From NCBI GenBank assembly GCA_963662465.1, contig OY759599.1, positions 5,120,001 to 5,184,000 of the forward strand: DNA of 64,000 nucleotides. The letters run 5' to 3'. Position numbers and translations under genes: made by a program. Positions 1-9,942 of the stretch are shown here, piece after piece. Source of the stretch: Desulfatiglandales bacterium (GTDB taxonomy: Bacteria; Desulfobacterota; DSM-4660; Desulfatiglandales; Desulfatiglandaceae). Every line of letters starts with the position of its first letter. The first letter of the stretch is position 1. The notes beneath the pieces were generated by a model, which saw nothing but the letters and a program-made list of their open reading frames with translations, did no database searches and was not told the origin of the DNA.

Positions 1-1149
1 CCGGTGGAGATCGGCATGAAGGGTTTCTGGGTATTTATACTCGCTTCGGTGATTGGATACCCCTCCATGTATCTCTTTCAAAGAGTCTTTGTAAACTCCC
101 TTGTGGAAGCTCGATCATGCAAGGACTACACGGGGATTATCTCCGAATACCTGGGGAAAAACTGGGGGGCTGCCATCGGTTTTCTCTATTTTGTCATGCT
201 GATCATCTGGTATTTTGTTTATTCGGAGACCGTTATCCGGGACAGCGCATCCTATCTGCAAACCTTTGGCGTTTCGGCTTCGAATCTATCTACCGATCCG
301 TTGTACATCATCGGTGTGATCTCCTTTCTGACCTTTATTGCCGCCATCGGGGAAAGGCTCCTTTTCAAACTCTCCAGCGTGCTGGCATTGACCGTCCTGA
401 CGATCATTTTCCTTATGAGTCTCGCCATGATCCCGGCTTGGAACATCAAAAACATTGCGGTGGCGCCCGGCGTCGTCACTCTTTCAAAGGATGCGATTGT
501 CATGCTTCCCTTTGTACTCACCTCCATTCTCTTTATTCAGTCCCTCAGCCCCATGGTGATCTTCTTCCGGCAGAACAGCGACTCTTCCGGGGCCGCGCGT
601 TTCCGTTCCCTTCGGGCCATGAACCTGGCCTTCGGGATTCTTTTTGTGGTGGTCTTCTTCTATGCCAACTCCTTTAACCTGGCCGTCAGCCAGGGGCAGG
701 CAACAGCGGCGTTTAACGAAAACGTGTCGGCCCTGGCCATCGCAGCCCAGGGGTCAACTGTATACGTATCGGTCCTGGCGGTGCTGCTGGATATTTTTGC
801 GGTCATCTGTTGCTTTTTTTCAGTTTTCCTGGGTCTCAAGGAGGGGACCCGAGGCCTGGTTCTCAACATCCTCAAACGCTTTCGGGCCGAAGAGCGGATC
901 AACGGGCGTTTATTGGACTGGATGATCGCTGTTTTCCTCGTACTTCTGGCAACCGGGGACACCCTTGCGGACATCAAGCTGCTATATTTCACCTGGATAT
1001 GCAGCCCGATTTTCGGGATTGTGGGATGTTTTGTTCCGGTCTATCTGGTTTACGGGCTTCCACAACTTCACAAATACAAAGGTCCGCACCTCTATCTCAT
1101 TATCTTTGTGGGAATCCTGCTTTGTTTATCTCCTTTTCTGGCCATATGA
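1..1149 (+). CDS. HAAAP family amino acid permease (SdaC/YhaO-like), 5' end outside window
   Basis: Multi-TM protein; frame open from base 1 (PVEIG...GFW..GYP); next to a YhaM-like gene. Confidence 0.8.
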   Translation, partial: PVEIGMKGFWVFILASVIGYPSMYLFQRVFVNSLVEARSCKDYTGIISEYLGKNWGAAIGFLYFVMLIIWYFVYSETVIRDSASYLQTFGVSASNLSTDPLYIIGVISFLTFIAAIGERLLFKLSSVLALTVLTIIFLMSLAMIPAWNIKNIAVAPGVVTLSKDAIVMLPFVLTSILFIQSLSPMVIFFRQNSDSSGAARFRSLRAMNLAFGILFVVVFFYANSFNLAVSQGQATAAFNENVSALAIAAQGSTVYVSVLAVLLDIFAVICCFFSVFLGLKEGTRGLVLNILKRFRAEERINGRLLDWMIAVFLVLLATGDTLADIKLLYFTWICSPIFGIVGCFVPVYLVYGLPQLHKYKGPHLYLIIFVGILLCLSPFLAI

Positions 1150-1167
1150 GCAAAGGTGTGACGATGC

Positions 1168-2499
1168 TTAATGACATTTGGTCAGCATGATATTCAGGAT
1201 GGCCGGGTCCATCCCCCCGAGACCCGATTGGACGAGCTTGCCCAGGTTGCTCATGGTCTCTTCCGGGCTTTTTGCGATGATGCCGTCAACCGGTTTGACA
1301 ACGACGCCCTGCAGGGCCATGAGGGCGCTCTTGACCCCCGAAGAAGCCGCTTCGCCAACCTTGAGCGCGCAGCTGGTTTTGGCGCCGTCGCATAAAAGCG
1401 TGGCGGTGTTTTCAATATGGTTTTTGACGGCCCCCCCGATTTTTTCAACCGTGCCGCCCAGCAGGTGGGTGATGCCCGCGGCAACACCGGCGCCTCCGGC
1501 AACGGCACTGCCGCAAAGAGGTCCTATTCTTCCCGCAAGGGTCTTGATGTAGCAGGTCACGAGATAACTCAGGGCAATGGATTTGATGAGCAGCCGTTTG
1601 TCCTCAATGGTGGCAAATTCGCTTGCCGCCACAATGGGCGTCCCCGCTGCAATACCCTGATTGCCGCTCCCCGCCAGTGTCATGGCCGGCAGCATGACCC
1701 CGCCCATGCGGGCATCGATCCCCGCCGCGGCAAACATGCCGCCGGCGAGTGCCATATCATTTTTAAGAAGCCTCTGGCGCAGCAGACTTTGCTGGGTTTT
1801 GCCCACCCCGAGCCCCGGACCATGGGAAAGACCATATCCGACCAGCGCCATATTGAGATCGATTCCCCGTTGAATATAGTCGGCGCCGTCTCTGTCCAAA
1901 TCATTGGCCAAATCCACCATCGCTTCGAGCGTAAGGGATGTGAGCCAGGGTTCCAGGTCTTCAACGCTCAAATCCTCGTTTCCCATGCCCTTCAGAAACG
2001 GGTGGTCCTGCTGAGGATGACCGTCCATACTGAGGGATTCGATGTGGTCGTGTCGTCCTGTGATGACGGCTTCCGCCGTATGCCCGCCGGCCTTGACAAG
2101 CGTTTGAACATAGAGACCTTCACACCCCTCTTGAATCCCGGCTGAAACCTTGCCGTCCTTCAACAGGGCCTGTGCATCCGCTATCCCTTGATGGTCAATG
2201 GTTGCGAATACCTGGAGGCGGTTTTCCGGGTTTCCGGCAACTGCCCCCATGGCTGCGGCCAGAGGGATGCCGCTTTGGCCTCCGGAACCGGGAATGATGA
2301 CGCCCATGGCATTTTTGTAGATGTTGGGATCCGTGGCAACGGTAATGGATTCGATGCTCGCTTCCCCTAAAAGTGCCGCCGCGGCCGCCGCGCAAAGTCC
2401 AATGGCGGCGGGTTCCGTACACCCCAGCCCCGGATCCGTTTCAATATGCAAGAGGTGCCTTGCCTTGTTGTGAAGGATGTCTTTGAGCGTGAAACCCAT
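1168..2499 (-). CDS. L-cysteine desulfidase / serine dehydratase alpha family (YhaM/CyuA-like)
   Basis: GCTEP, SGNQGI, LCG and CDGAKxSCALK motifs. Confidence 0.88.
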   Translation of the reverse strand: MGFTLKDILHNKARHLLHIETDPGLGCTEPAAIGLCAAAAAALLGEASIESITVATDPNIYKNAMGVIIPGSGGQSGIPLAAAMGAVAGNPENRLQVFATIDHQGIADAQALLKDGKVSAGIQEGCEGLYVQTLVKAGGHTAEAVITGRHDHIESLSMDGHPQQDHPFLKGMGNEDLSVEDLEPWLTSLTLEAMVDLANDLDRDGADYIQRGIDLNMALVGYGLSHGPGLGVGKTQQSLLRQRLLKNDMALAGGMFAAAGIDARMGGVMLPAMTLAGSGNQGIAAGTPIVAASEFATIEDKRLLIKSIALSYLVTCYIKTLAGRIGPLCGSAVAGGAGVAAGITHLLGGTVEKIGGAVKNHIENTATLLCDGAKTSCALKVGEAASSGVKSALMALQGVVVKPVDGIIAKSPEETMSNLGKLVQSGLGGMDPAILNIMLTKCH

Positions 2500-2654
2500 A
2501 ATTTGCCTCCCGGTGTTGATGATCGGCCCAAGATGCGCATTTCGAAGGGGCCGAATTGGATTTTAAAAAGGATTTTAGCTGTTAGCCGTTGGCTTAAAAG
2601 CGGCAGATGTCATTTTCATATTTGGGGGTGAATGCCCGCGTGATTCATGAGGGT

Positions 2655-3104
2655 TTACTTTATTTTCCTAATTTGACCCATGAGGACTTTTAAGTATCGG
2701 ACGCTCGAAAGTATAAGCGCCAACCCTATTCCGATGTATAACATCGATAAATATGGTTTGGGGATCGGGGAATGTCGCAACAATGTCCCCATTGCAACCA
2801 TCACCGCTACGATGATATAACTCTTCCAGGTTATAAAAGAGAAAATACATTTCGTTCCCTCCATCGGCAATATTCGTCCCAAATTTTTATCAACGATTTT
2901 CAAAAATCCGAAATGGTGTACGACGATTGCTATTGCAACACCTATTGTGCAAAACAAGACTGACCCGTGAACTTGAAATGCATTCAGCCAGAAAAATGAC
3001 AGAAATAAAAGCATTGCTCCAACGCCGAACCACACGAAGCCGGCAAGAAACAGCAGTACCTCCTTATTTACGGCAGGTTTAATATTGGTTATTCTTAAAC
3101 TCAT
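2655..3104 (-). CDS. hypothetical membrane protein (about 4 TM)
   Basis: 149 aa hydrophobic ORF. Confidence 0.7.
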   Translation of the reverse strand: MSLRITNIKPAVNKEVLLFLAGFVWFGVGAMLLFLSFFWLNAFQVHGSVLFCTIGVAIAIVVHHFGFLKIVDKNLGRILPMEGTKCIFSFITWKSYIIVAVMVAMGTLLRHSPIPKPYLSMLYIGIGLALILSSVRYLKVLMGQIRKIK

Positions 3105-3145
3105 GGTAGTTTATTTCTGTCTCCGACGAGAAATATCGCCCAAGC

Positions 3146-3631
3146 TTACAGCAGGCTCTTCAATACGTTTATCACGGAGTTCTTTTTGCTCACCAGAACG
3201 GCTTTTACCAGCTGATCTTTGAATCCGAGGATATTTCCCATCAATACGGCGCCGACATCCAACCTGCAAATCAGAACCCGCGCGCCCTGTTTCTTTTGAA
3301 GGAACGATAATTCGCGATAAAAGCGATAGGACCCATCATTTGTTACCATCAGCAATCTTGATACCCGGTTGCTCAAGCTATCGATTTTTTTCAATCCGCG
3401 CAGTTCATTTGCTAAAGCCCTTTCTATTGCCTCATACCCAATAATTAATTCGCCAAGGGATTTCGCATAGAAAATGTTTGTGCGCAATTTCGGGGTTAAT
3501 TTCAAAACAGGAATATACATTGTCGAAGTACTATAAAGCGCGATGTTTTCCTTTTCTAATGCCGAACAAACATCCGGCTCAATACATTCCTTTTCCAACT
3601 GTTTAGGTAATTTCATTATAGTTTTAGCCAA
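3146..3631 (-). CDS. hypothetical protein, possible L7Ae/L30e-like fold in C-terminal half
   Basis: GELIIGYEAIERAL...LLMVTNDGS...LMGNILG...VLV pattern. Confidence 0.6.
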   Translation of the reverse strand: MAKTIMKLPKQLEKECIEPDVCSALEKENIALYSTSTMYIPVLKLTPKLRTNIFYAKSLGELIIGYEAIERALANELRGLKKIDSLSNRVSRLLMVTNDGSYRFYRELSFLQKKQGARVLICRLDVGAVLMGNILGFKDQLVKAVLVSKKNSVINVLKSLL

Positions 3632-3711
3632 TCAGCGTGGATTGATTCCGATGAAAAGCAACATGCGGTTAAGGCAGGGTTTTCCAGAACCGAATAAAGA
3701 AAGCAGGCAAG

Positions 3712-4110
3712 TCAACCTATCTCTTTTGCAACCAAGCTGGTAATATACGCAACAAGTTGCTCTGCCTTTAATATCCATGGCAGAACCTGCGACTCGTGAA
3801 ACCTCACGAAATCGATGTAGTCACCCTCTTGACGTCTCTCGAAAAGATCATTGTAGATTCGGGCCAAATCCTTAGGGACCTTGCCCGTCTTCACATACTG
3901 CCTATTGAATAGGCTACGCACGCCCGTATGTTTGGATGATGACAGGCCGTGGCGTACAAGAAGAGCTGAGACCGCATAGAAGCAGGCATAATAGAGTCGG
4001 TTCACGCAGGCATTCCACCGTCCTGCATCGGCAAGAATACGAGCATCTTCCAGAGTTTCTTGTGCTCGGTCCATACGGTACAACACCAGATCTTTACTCC
4101 ATTCTATCAA
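3712..4110 (-). CDS. HEPN domain protein (UPF0332-like)
   Basis: NRLYYACFY, SKHTGV, RQEGDY; overlaps upstream MNT by 4 nt. Confidence 0.88.
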   Translation of the reverse strand: MIEWSKDLVLYRMDRAQETLEDARILADAGRWNACVNRLYYACFYAVSALLVRHGLSSSKHTGVRSLFNRQYVKTGKVPKDLARIYNDLFERRQEGDYIDFVRFHESQVLPWILKAEQLVAYITSLVAKEIG

Positions 4111-4433
4111 AGTCTGATTCCTTCCCGCTTTACTCGCTGGTGAAATGGTATAGCCTGATAGAGGCTGCTATTCCATTCTTCACGGGTTCGCACAATCGAA
4201 GAGATGACTTCTCCGTATTCCCATTCTATTTCATAGAGCTTGTGCCGAATCCGATCTGTACGTTTATCGCTTATGGGGCCATCAACCAGGATGAGTAAGT
4301 CCCAGTCTGATTCCACGAGGGCATCTCCACGGGAGCGTGAACCGTAAAGGATGGTCTCTGCATCAGGTTCCACCTCTTGGACAGCTTTCTTTATTTGCTC
4401 TGTTAGTTCAACTTGTTTCATATGATTATTCAT
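4107..4433 (-). CDS. minimal nucleotidyltransferase (MNT)
   Basis: GSRSRGDALVESDWD = GSX10DXD. Confidence 0.9.
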   Translation of the reverse strand: MNNHMKQVELTEQIKKAVQEVEPDAETILYGSRSRGDALVESDWDLLILVDGPISDKRTDRIRHKLYEIEWEYGEVISSIVRTREEWNSSLYQAIPFHQRVKREGIRL

Positions 4434-4438
4434 CCTGT

Positions 4439-5212
4439 CTACTTGCCGTCGCGCCCGATGGAAATGATTTCCGCCATGATGGCAACGGCGATTTCCTCGG
4501 GGGTTTCAGCGCCGATGTTCAGCCCGATGGGTGCATGGACCCGGTCCAGCAGTTCCTGTTCGATGCCCTGTTCCATCAACTCGGCGTAGACCTTGGCCTT
4601 CTTGGTTTTGCTCCCAATCATGCCCAGGTAGCGGGCCGGGGAACGGATCACGGCTGCAAGGGCCACGCCGTCCAGTTCATGCCCGCGGGTGACAATGACC
4701 ACATGGCACCAGGGGGTTAGGGAGAATTTTTTCAATGCCTCGGCCACGTCTCCCACGATGATCTCACGGGCATCGGGAAACCGTTCTTCATTGGCATATT
4801 CGCCCCGGTCGTCAAACACAATGACATCCATCCCCAGAAAGACCCCCAATTTTGACAGTTTCTGTCCCAGGTGGCCGGCGCCCACGATGAGCAATTGCTT
4901 TTTCCCGGCGATGACATCAATAAAAATATCGTTTTCCCCGCCGCAAACCCCCAGATGACCGAGATCCACTTCTTTCAATTTATACTGTACCAGTTGGGGG
5001 ACCCCCTTTTTCAGCGCTTTTTTTGCCTCTTCAATGACGCCGTTTTCCATGGCGCCCCCGCCGATGCTCCCCACAATGTGGCCATCGGGAAAAACCAGCA
5101 TCTTGGCGCCCATAGCGCGGGGGGTGGATCCGTGGGACCGAACGATGGTGGCCAGGGCAACGCTATCACCGGTCGCAAGGGTCTTTAACGCCGCTTCAAA
5201 AATATCAATCAT
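4439..5212 (-). CDS. xdhC: XdhC/CoxI family molybdoenzyme maturation factor
   Basis: GSTPR..GAKM, GSIGGG, CGG, TRGH, YLGMIGS, AETPEEIA. Confidence 0.9.
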   Translation of the reverse strand: MIDIFEAALKTLATGDSVALATIVRSHGSTPRAMGAKMLVFPDGHIVGSIGGGAMENGVIEEAKKALKKGVPQLVQYKLKEVDLGHLGVCGGENDIFIDVIAGKKQLLIVGAGHLGQKLSKLGVFLGMDVIVFDDRGEYANEERFPDAREIIVGDVAEALKKFSLTPWCHVVIVTRGHELDGVALAAVIRSPARYLGMIGSKTKKAKVYAELMEQGIEQELLDRVHAPIGLNIGAETPEEIAVAIMAEIISIGRDGK

Positions 5213-5275
5213 AACGTCTGCCTCCTGTGATGAGCTGTTAGCCGTTAGCTAACACTAACAGCTAACAGCTAATAG

Positions 5276-6076
5276 CTAACAGCTCTTAATCGCCATCAGA
5301 ACCGCTTCCAGCACACCCCCGCCGATGGCCAGGGCCTTATCGGAAATTGCCCAGCAACTTTCTCGAACATCTCTGGGGTCCACATCGCCGCTTTTGAGGC
5401 CTTTTTCAACAAATACGCCATCATGAAGCAAACCGCGCAGCATTCCGGAAATGGGCGCCGGAATGGGCGCATCATCCGCATAGGCAACAATGTCGCCTTT
5501 TTCAACGTGGTTGCCGATGGTAAGTACGCCCTTAAAAAGACCCGGTCCGGGCGCCCGGATGACGCGTTCCGTGCCGAATCCTTTTACTTCCCCTGGAATT
5601 CCGGTATTGGGAATGGCCGATCCTTCCCATATGGCCCGACCGAGAGTATGCCCCCGCTTGGTTTCAACTACCGCATGAACATCTTTTCCGGCTGTGAATC
5701 CAGGTCCCAGCCCGACCACAAAGGGCGCATCATCCATGCGGGTCCCGATGTTCTTCTTGGCCAGGATGGCGTCGATAACGGCAAAGGCTTTGATTTCCCC
5801 TACGATTTTTGCCTTGGGATCCACCAGAATGGGGATAATCCGTTCATCCATCATCTTCAGAATTTCCGCTTTGTCTCGTGCCCGCCGGGCCGTGATGCCT
5901 TCAACAGTGGTTTCCCCTTCATAGACCGCATCGGACAGTGACACTGTCCGGCGGACCGTCAGTGGATGCTCAATTTCGGTCATCATAACAGGAAAACCGC
6001 TTCGCCACAACCGTGCGGCAACACCCGTTGCCAAATCCCCCGCACCCTTGATGACGATTCTTTTTTGACTGAACAT
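5276..6076 (-). CDS. yqeB: YqeB selenium-dependent molybdenum hydroxylase accessory protein
   Basis: KGAGDLATG, DAILAKKN, ETKRGH, SDKALAIGGG; start chosen at ATG with GGAGG SD. Confidence 0.9.
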   Translation of the reverse strand: MFSQKRIVIKGAGDLATGVAARLWRSGFPVMMTEIEHPLTVRRTVSLSDAVYEGETTVEGITARRARDKAEILKMMDERIIPILVDPKAKIVGEIKAFAVIDAILAKKNIGTRMDDAPFVVGLGPGFTAGKDVHAVVETKRGHTLGRAIWEGSAIPNTGIPGEVKGFGTERVIRAPGPGLFKGVLTIGNHVEKGDIVAYADDAPIPAPISGMLRGLLHDGVFVEKGLKSGDVDPRDVRESCWAISDKALAIGGGVLEAVLMAIKSC

Positions 6077-6218
6077 GTTTGAACCTCCCTTTCTTTGTAC
6101 CATAGCCTTAAATCTTAACCGTTACTTGTTTTCGTAATCGTTTACAGGGTGCCGTTATCAGGGTGCAGAAGACATCTTGCCCTCTGACAACTGCACCCTG
6201 CCCCCTGTAAACTGCTCC

Positions 6219-7265
6219 CTATTTCCCGAAAGAACACCGTGGAAAATGGCATTGCTCGCATTCCAGACACATCCCCCCATGGGCCATGGCAGCAAGGTCT
6301 TCCCTGGTAATTCGTTCTCCCGCCAGGACCCTGGGCAGAATGAGATCCAGCACCGTTGCGCGGAAAAAAAGCACGCAGGCCGGAAGGCCCAGGACGGGAA
6401 TATCCCCGAAATGCCCATACAAAAACATGGCCCCGGGAAGCACGGGCGTGCCGTAGACTACGTCTTCGGCCCCGGCTTCCGCAATGGCCACCCTCGTGAT
6501 ATCATCGGGATCAACGCTCATGCCGCCGGCCACCACAACCATTTCCGCGCCCTTTTGAAGGTGCTGGTTAATTTCAGCCACAATCCGCTCTTTGACGTCA
6601 GGGGCAAATGCGATTTCCATAACGCCGCAATCAAAGCTTTGAAGTTTCTTCCGAATGATGGGAGCGAATTTATCGTCGATGAGACCTGAAAACACCTCGC
6701 TTCCGGTAATGACAATGCCGGTGTTGGGGGTCAGGAAAGGTTTTACCGAAAAAAAGTTGTCCGTTTCTGCGGCAATCTTTTCCGCTTCTTTGAGATTTTT
6801 CTCGTCAATGATCAGGGGAATGGCCCGTACGCCGGCGATGATATCCCCCTGTTCCACCGGCGTGTTGGTGTGTCTGGACGAACAACTGATATCCGGCACC
6901 AGATTGATTTGGGTAAGTGCCGACACGTCAATTTTTAAAAGACCCCTGTGGGCCGCTTTCAGTTGAATTTTTCCCTCGGAAGGGTGTGGATCAAAGGTTA
7001 CCCCCTTTCCGGAGAGGGCATTCGCCAGGCGAAGGGCCGCGTCATCCTCGTGAACCTCTCCCGGTTCCAGGTGCAATACGTACAGGTGCTCCTTGCCGAC
7101 CCGTTTGAGGTGGGGCACATCCTCGTCCCGGATGATATGACCTTTTTTAAAGGCCGGGCCCTTGAATTGGCCGGGTCTGATCTCCGTGATATCGTGGGCC
7201 AGAATAGTTCCCACGGATTGGTCGACGGGAATGATGGTTGCTGAAGATTTGAATTTGTTTGCCAT
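6219..7265 (-). CDS. molybdopterin-binding protein (MoCF_biosynth domain)
   Basis: LAHDITEI, TGSEV, GGMSVDPDD, PVLPGAM, C-terminal CLECEQCHFPRC. Confidence 0.85.
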   Translation of the reverse strand: MANKFKSSATIIPVDQSVGTILAHDITEIRPGQFKGPAFKKGHIIRDEDVPHLKRVGKEHLYVLHLEPGEVHEDDAALRLANALSGKGVTFDPHPSEGKIQLKAAHRGLLKIDVSALTQINLVPDISCSSRHTNTPVEQGDIIAGVRAIPLIIDEKNLKEAEKIAAETDNFFSVKPFLTPNTGIVITGSEVFSGLIDDKFAPIIRKKLQSFDCGVMEIAFAPDVKERIVAEINQHLQKGAEMVVVAGGMSVDPDDITRVAIAEAGAEDVVYGTPVLPGAMFLYGHFGDIPVLGLPACVLFFRATVLDLILPRVLAGERITREDLAAMAHGGMCLECEQCHFPRCSFGK

Positions 7266-7295
7266 AACACGACTCCTTGTTTCTGTTGCCCGCTT

Positions 7296-8339
7296 TTAAC
7301 ACCCATGAAGGGCCCGAAGTTTGAGAATGCCATAAACAGAATCCTCCGGCGACAAGGAAAGGGCTTGCGCCTGTTCCGAGGTCATCTGGGCATGTAACCG
7401 TTGATTCGCCACCATGATTTCCACATGGGCCATTCCTCCCAGGTGTCTGATGTCCTTGATAAGACCCTGAAATCGGTTGACTTGAGGGCCTGGGGGTGGA
7501 TATGAAGAAATATAAACATGTCTGGGATGAATGGCCACCCTGTGAAAGGGTTTGCCGCCATCTTCCGGGACAAACAGCGACCTGCCGGCCCATTGCACAT
7601 GAACCAGGCCGTTTCCCAGGCTTTCCCGGTAACTACAGGAAAGGACGTTGGGTTTCTCCAGAAAACCGCATTCGGAGGCTTTCCCCTGAAGCATGATTTC
7701 CCGAATGTCGCCCACCTGTTCCAATTCACCCTCGGTCATGACCCCCATGCGATCCCCCAGGTCGCGAGCCTCTTCCAGGTTGTGGGTGACAAACAGCATG
7801 GTGGTTTTGAGTTCTGATTGAATCCGTTTGAGTTCGAGACGGAGGTAGCGCGCGGTTCGAAAATCAAGACTGCTGAAGGGTTCGTCCAGCAGCAGGACCT
7901 TCGGGGATGACACCAATGCCCTGGCCAGTGCCACCCGCTGTTTTTCTCCGCCGCTTAACGCTTCGGGCAGCCGTTCCGCCAGAAGCGACAGGTTAAAAAG
8001 TGCCAGTATTTGGAAAGCTCGTTTCTGTTTTTCCCCCTTGCTCAGCCTAAGTCTTTTAAGGGCCGTCAGAATATTTTTTTTCACGGACATATGCGGGAAG
8101 AGCAACAGATCCTGGAACAAATACCCGATATTTCGCTTGAAAGGGGGAAGATCGTTTACGCAATTTCCATCTACCAGAATTTGGCCTTCATGGGGAATGA
8201 GGCCTGCCACCATGTTGAGCAGGGTGGTTTTGCCGGCCCCTGACGGCCCCACCAGTACAAAGAGTTCTCCGTCCCAGATATCGATGGAAATCCCTTTGAT
8301 GATGCCGTTATGAACATTTTGGAGTGAAATTTCAGCCAT
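7296..8339 (-). CDS. modC: molybdate ABC transporter ATPase
   Basis: GPSGAGKT, LSGGEKQR, DEP, C-terminal TOBE-like domain; follows modB. Confidence 0.85.
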   Translation of the reverse strand: MAEISLQNVHNGIIKGISIDIWDGELFVLVGPSGAGKTTLLNMVAGLIPHEGQILVDGNCVNDLPPFKRNIGYLFQDLLLFPHMSVKKNILTALKRLRLSKGEKQKRAFQILALFNLSLLAERLPEALSGGEKQRVALARALVSSPKVLLLDEPFSSLDFRTARYLRLELKRIQSELKTTMLFVTHNLEEARDLGDRMGVMTEGELEQVGDIREIMLQGKASECGFLEKPNVLSCSYRESLGNGLVHVQWAGRSLFVPEDGGKPFHRVAIHPRHVYISSYPPPGPQVNRFQGLIKDIRHLGGMAHVEIMVANQRLHAQMTSEQAQALSLSPEDSVYGILKLRALHGC

Positions 8340-8344
8340 TGTCG

Positions 8345-9133
8345 CTACCGGGAAGGCAAAATTTCGCCCTGGGGCGCATGTCCGATCCACCGAAGGGCCA
8401 GCAGGAGTAGAAATCCCGTGGCCATGAGGACCCAGGCGCAGGAAAGGGCCGTGCCCAGTTCACCGCTGGAGATGTTCAAGTATACGGCGGTGGGCAGGGT
8501 TTCGGTCTTGAAACGGATGGCCCCCGCCACCATGAGTGTGGCGCCGAATTCCCCCATGGCCCGGGTCCATCCCAGAATGGTTCCCGCCAAAATCCCCTGC
8601 CGGGCCAATGGCAGGCTGATCTGAAAAAAAACCTGAGAAGGTCGCAGACCCAGGGTGGCCGCGGCCCATTCGTAGCGTTGCCCCAGCCTTTCGAAGGCGG
8701 CACGGGAGCTTCTCATGATAATGGGGCCGGCCACGAATGTCTGGGCCAGAACAGCGCCCCAAGGCGTGAACAGGATGTGGATGCCCCATTTTCCCAAGGC
8801 GCCTCCCAGCATATCTTGACCAAACAGGAAGAGAAGCCCAACGCCTGCGATCAGGGGGGTAATGACCAGGGGCAGGTCGAGAAAGGTATCCAGTATTGCC
8901 TTTCCGGGGAAAGACGTACGGGCCAGGAGATAGCCGGTGGGCACGCCCAGGAGCAGTGCCAGGAAAGTGGAAAAGAGGGAGGTCATCAAACTGAGGCGCA
9001 ATGCGAAATGGGTCTCTTCGGATGCCAGGGCCGTGATGATTTCCCTTGGCGACAGGCGGAAAAAGAGGGCAAACAGAACGGCGGCCGTGAAAAGGGTCAA
9101 TATCGCCAGCGGGAGTGCAAACACACGATTCAT
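8345..9133 (-). CDS. modB: molybdate ABC transporter permease
   Basis: DLPLV, RAMGEFGAT. Confidence 0.88.
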   Translation of the reverse strand: MNRVFALPLAILTLFTAAVLFALFFRLSPREIITALASEETHFALRLSLMTSLFSTFLALLLGVPTGYLLARTSFPGKAILDTFLDLPLVITPLIAGVGLLFLFGQDMLGGALGKWGIHILFTPWGAVLAQTFVAGPIIMRSSRAAFERLGQRYEWAAATLGLRPSQVFFQISLPLARQGILAGTILGWTRAMGEFGATLMVAGAIRFKTETLPTAVYLNISSGELGTALSCAWVLMATGFLLLLALRWIGHAPQGEILPSR

Positions 9134-9933
9134 GGGGTCCCTTTTTCCGCGGCGGCCGTAGCCAGGGACAGAAAACCAAAGTGTTCAAACACGGCGAGAC
9201 TCTGCCCGGTTGCCATAAAATCACAGAATCGGGATGCCGCATCCAAGTGCTTTGTATTTTTCAATACGGCAATGGCAACGGTTTCGGGTTGAAAGTATTC
9301 AGCGGGGATTGGGACAATTTTAATCTGATCCCGAAATTGAAAAGCGTCGGCCCTCCCGATAATAGAGGCATCCACGTCTCCCTGGGCCACATACAGGGCC
9401 AGTTGCTTGACCGTTGCGCCATACACCACCACATTTTTGAGGATCAGCTCTTTCAAGGGAGAACGGGACAGAATTTTTTGGGCCACTCTCCCCAATGCCA
9501 TTGCCTTTGGGTCTCCCATGGCCAGACGGATTCCGGGTCTGGCCAGATCGTCAAAAGACTGGATCAGATTGGCTTTTTTGATATTGACGCCCACCACGGC
9601 AGTGTGGGCGACCAGGTTTTTAACGGCAACAATGCGCCCCATTTCTTGAAGTTTTTGGATGTAGAAAAAGGCGCCGGGCATGAACAGATCCCCCTGGCCC
9701 GATGCCAGGATGGACGACATGAGCTGGCCGCTGCCGGCATAGGTGACGCGCACCGTGTTCCCGGTCTCCTTTTGAAAAGTTTGAATCAACCGGTCCGTGG
9801 GCTGGCGGAGACCGGCCCCGGCGAAAAGGAGCAGGTCCGCTGAAATACCCATGGCGGCCCAGCCGAAAATAACGGTGAACAAGACGACTGAAATCAAGAT
9901 ACGTTTATGGATGAAGGATAATCGGTTGCTCAC
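9130..9933 (-). CDS. modA: molybdate ABC transporter substrate-binding protein
   Basis: Signal peptide; FAGAGL, YAGSGQL, ATVKQL. Confidence 0.88.
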   Translation of the reverse strand: MSNRLSFIHKRILISVVLFTVIFGWAAMGISADLLLFAGAGLRQPTDRLIQTFQKETGNTVRVTYAGSGQLMSSILASGQGDLFMPGAFFYIQKLQEMGRIVAVKNLVAHTAVVGVNIKKANLIQSFDDLARPGIRLAMGDPKAMALGRVAQKILSRSPLKELILKNVVVYGATVKQLALYVAQGDVDASIIGRADAFQFRDQIKIVPIPAEYFQPETVAIAVLKNTKHLDAASRFCDFMATGQSLAVFEHFGFLSLATAAAEKGTP

Positions 9934-9942
9934 GGTGATCTC

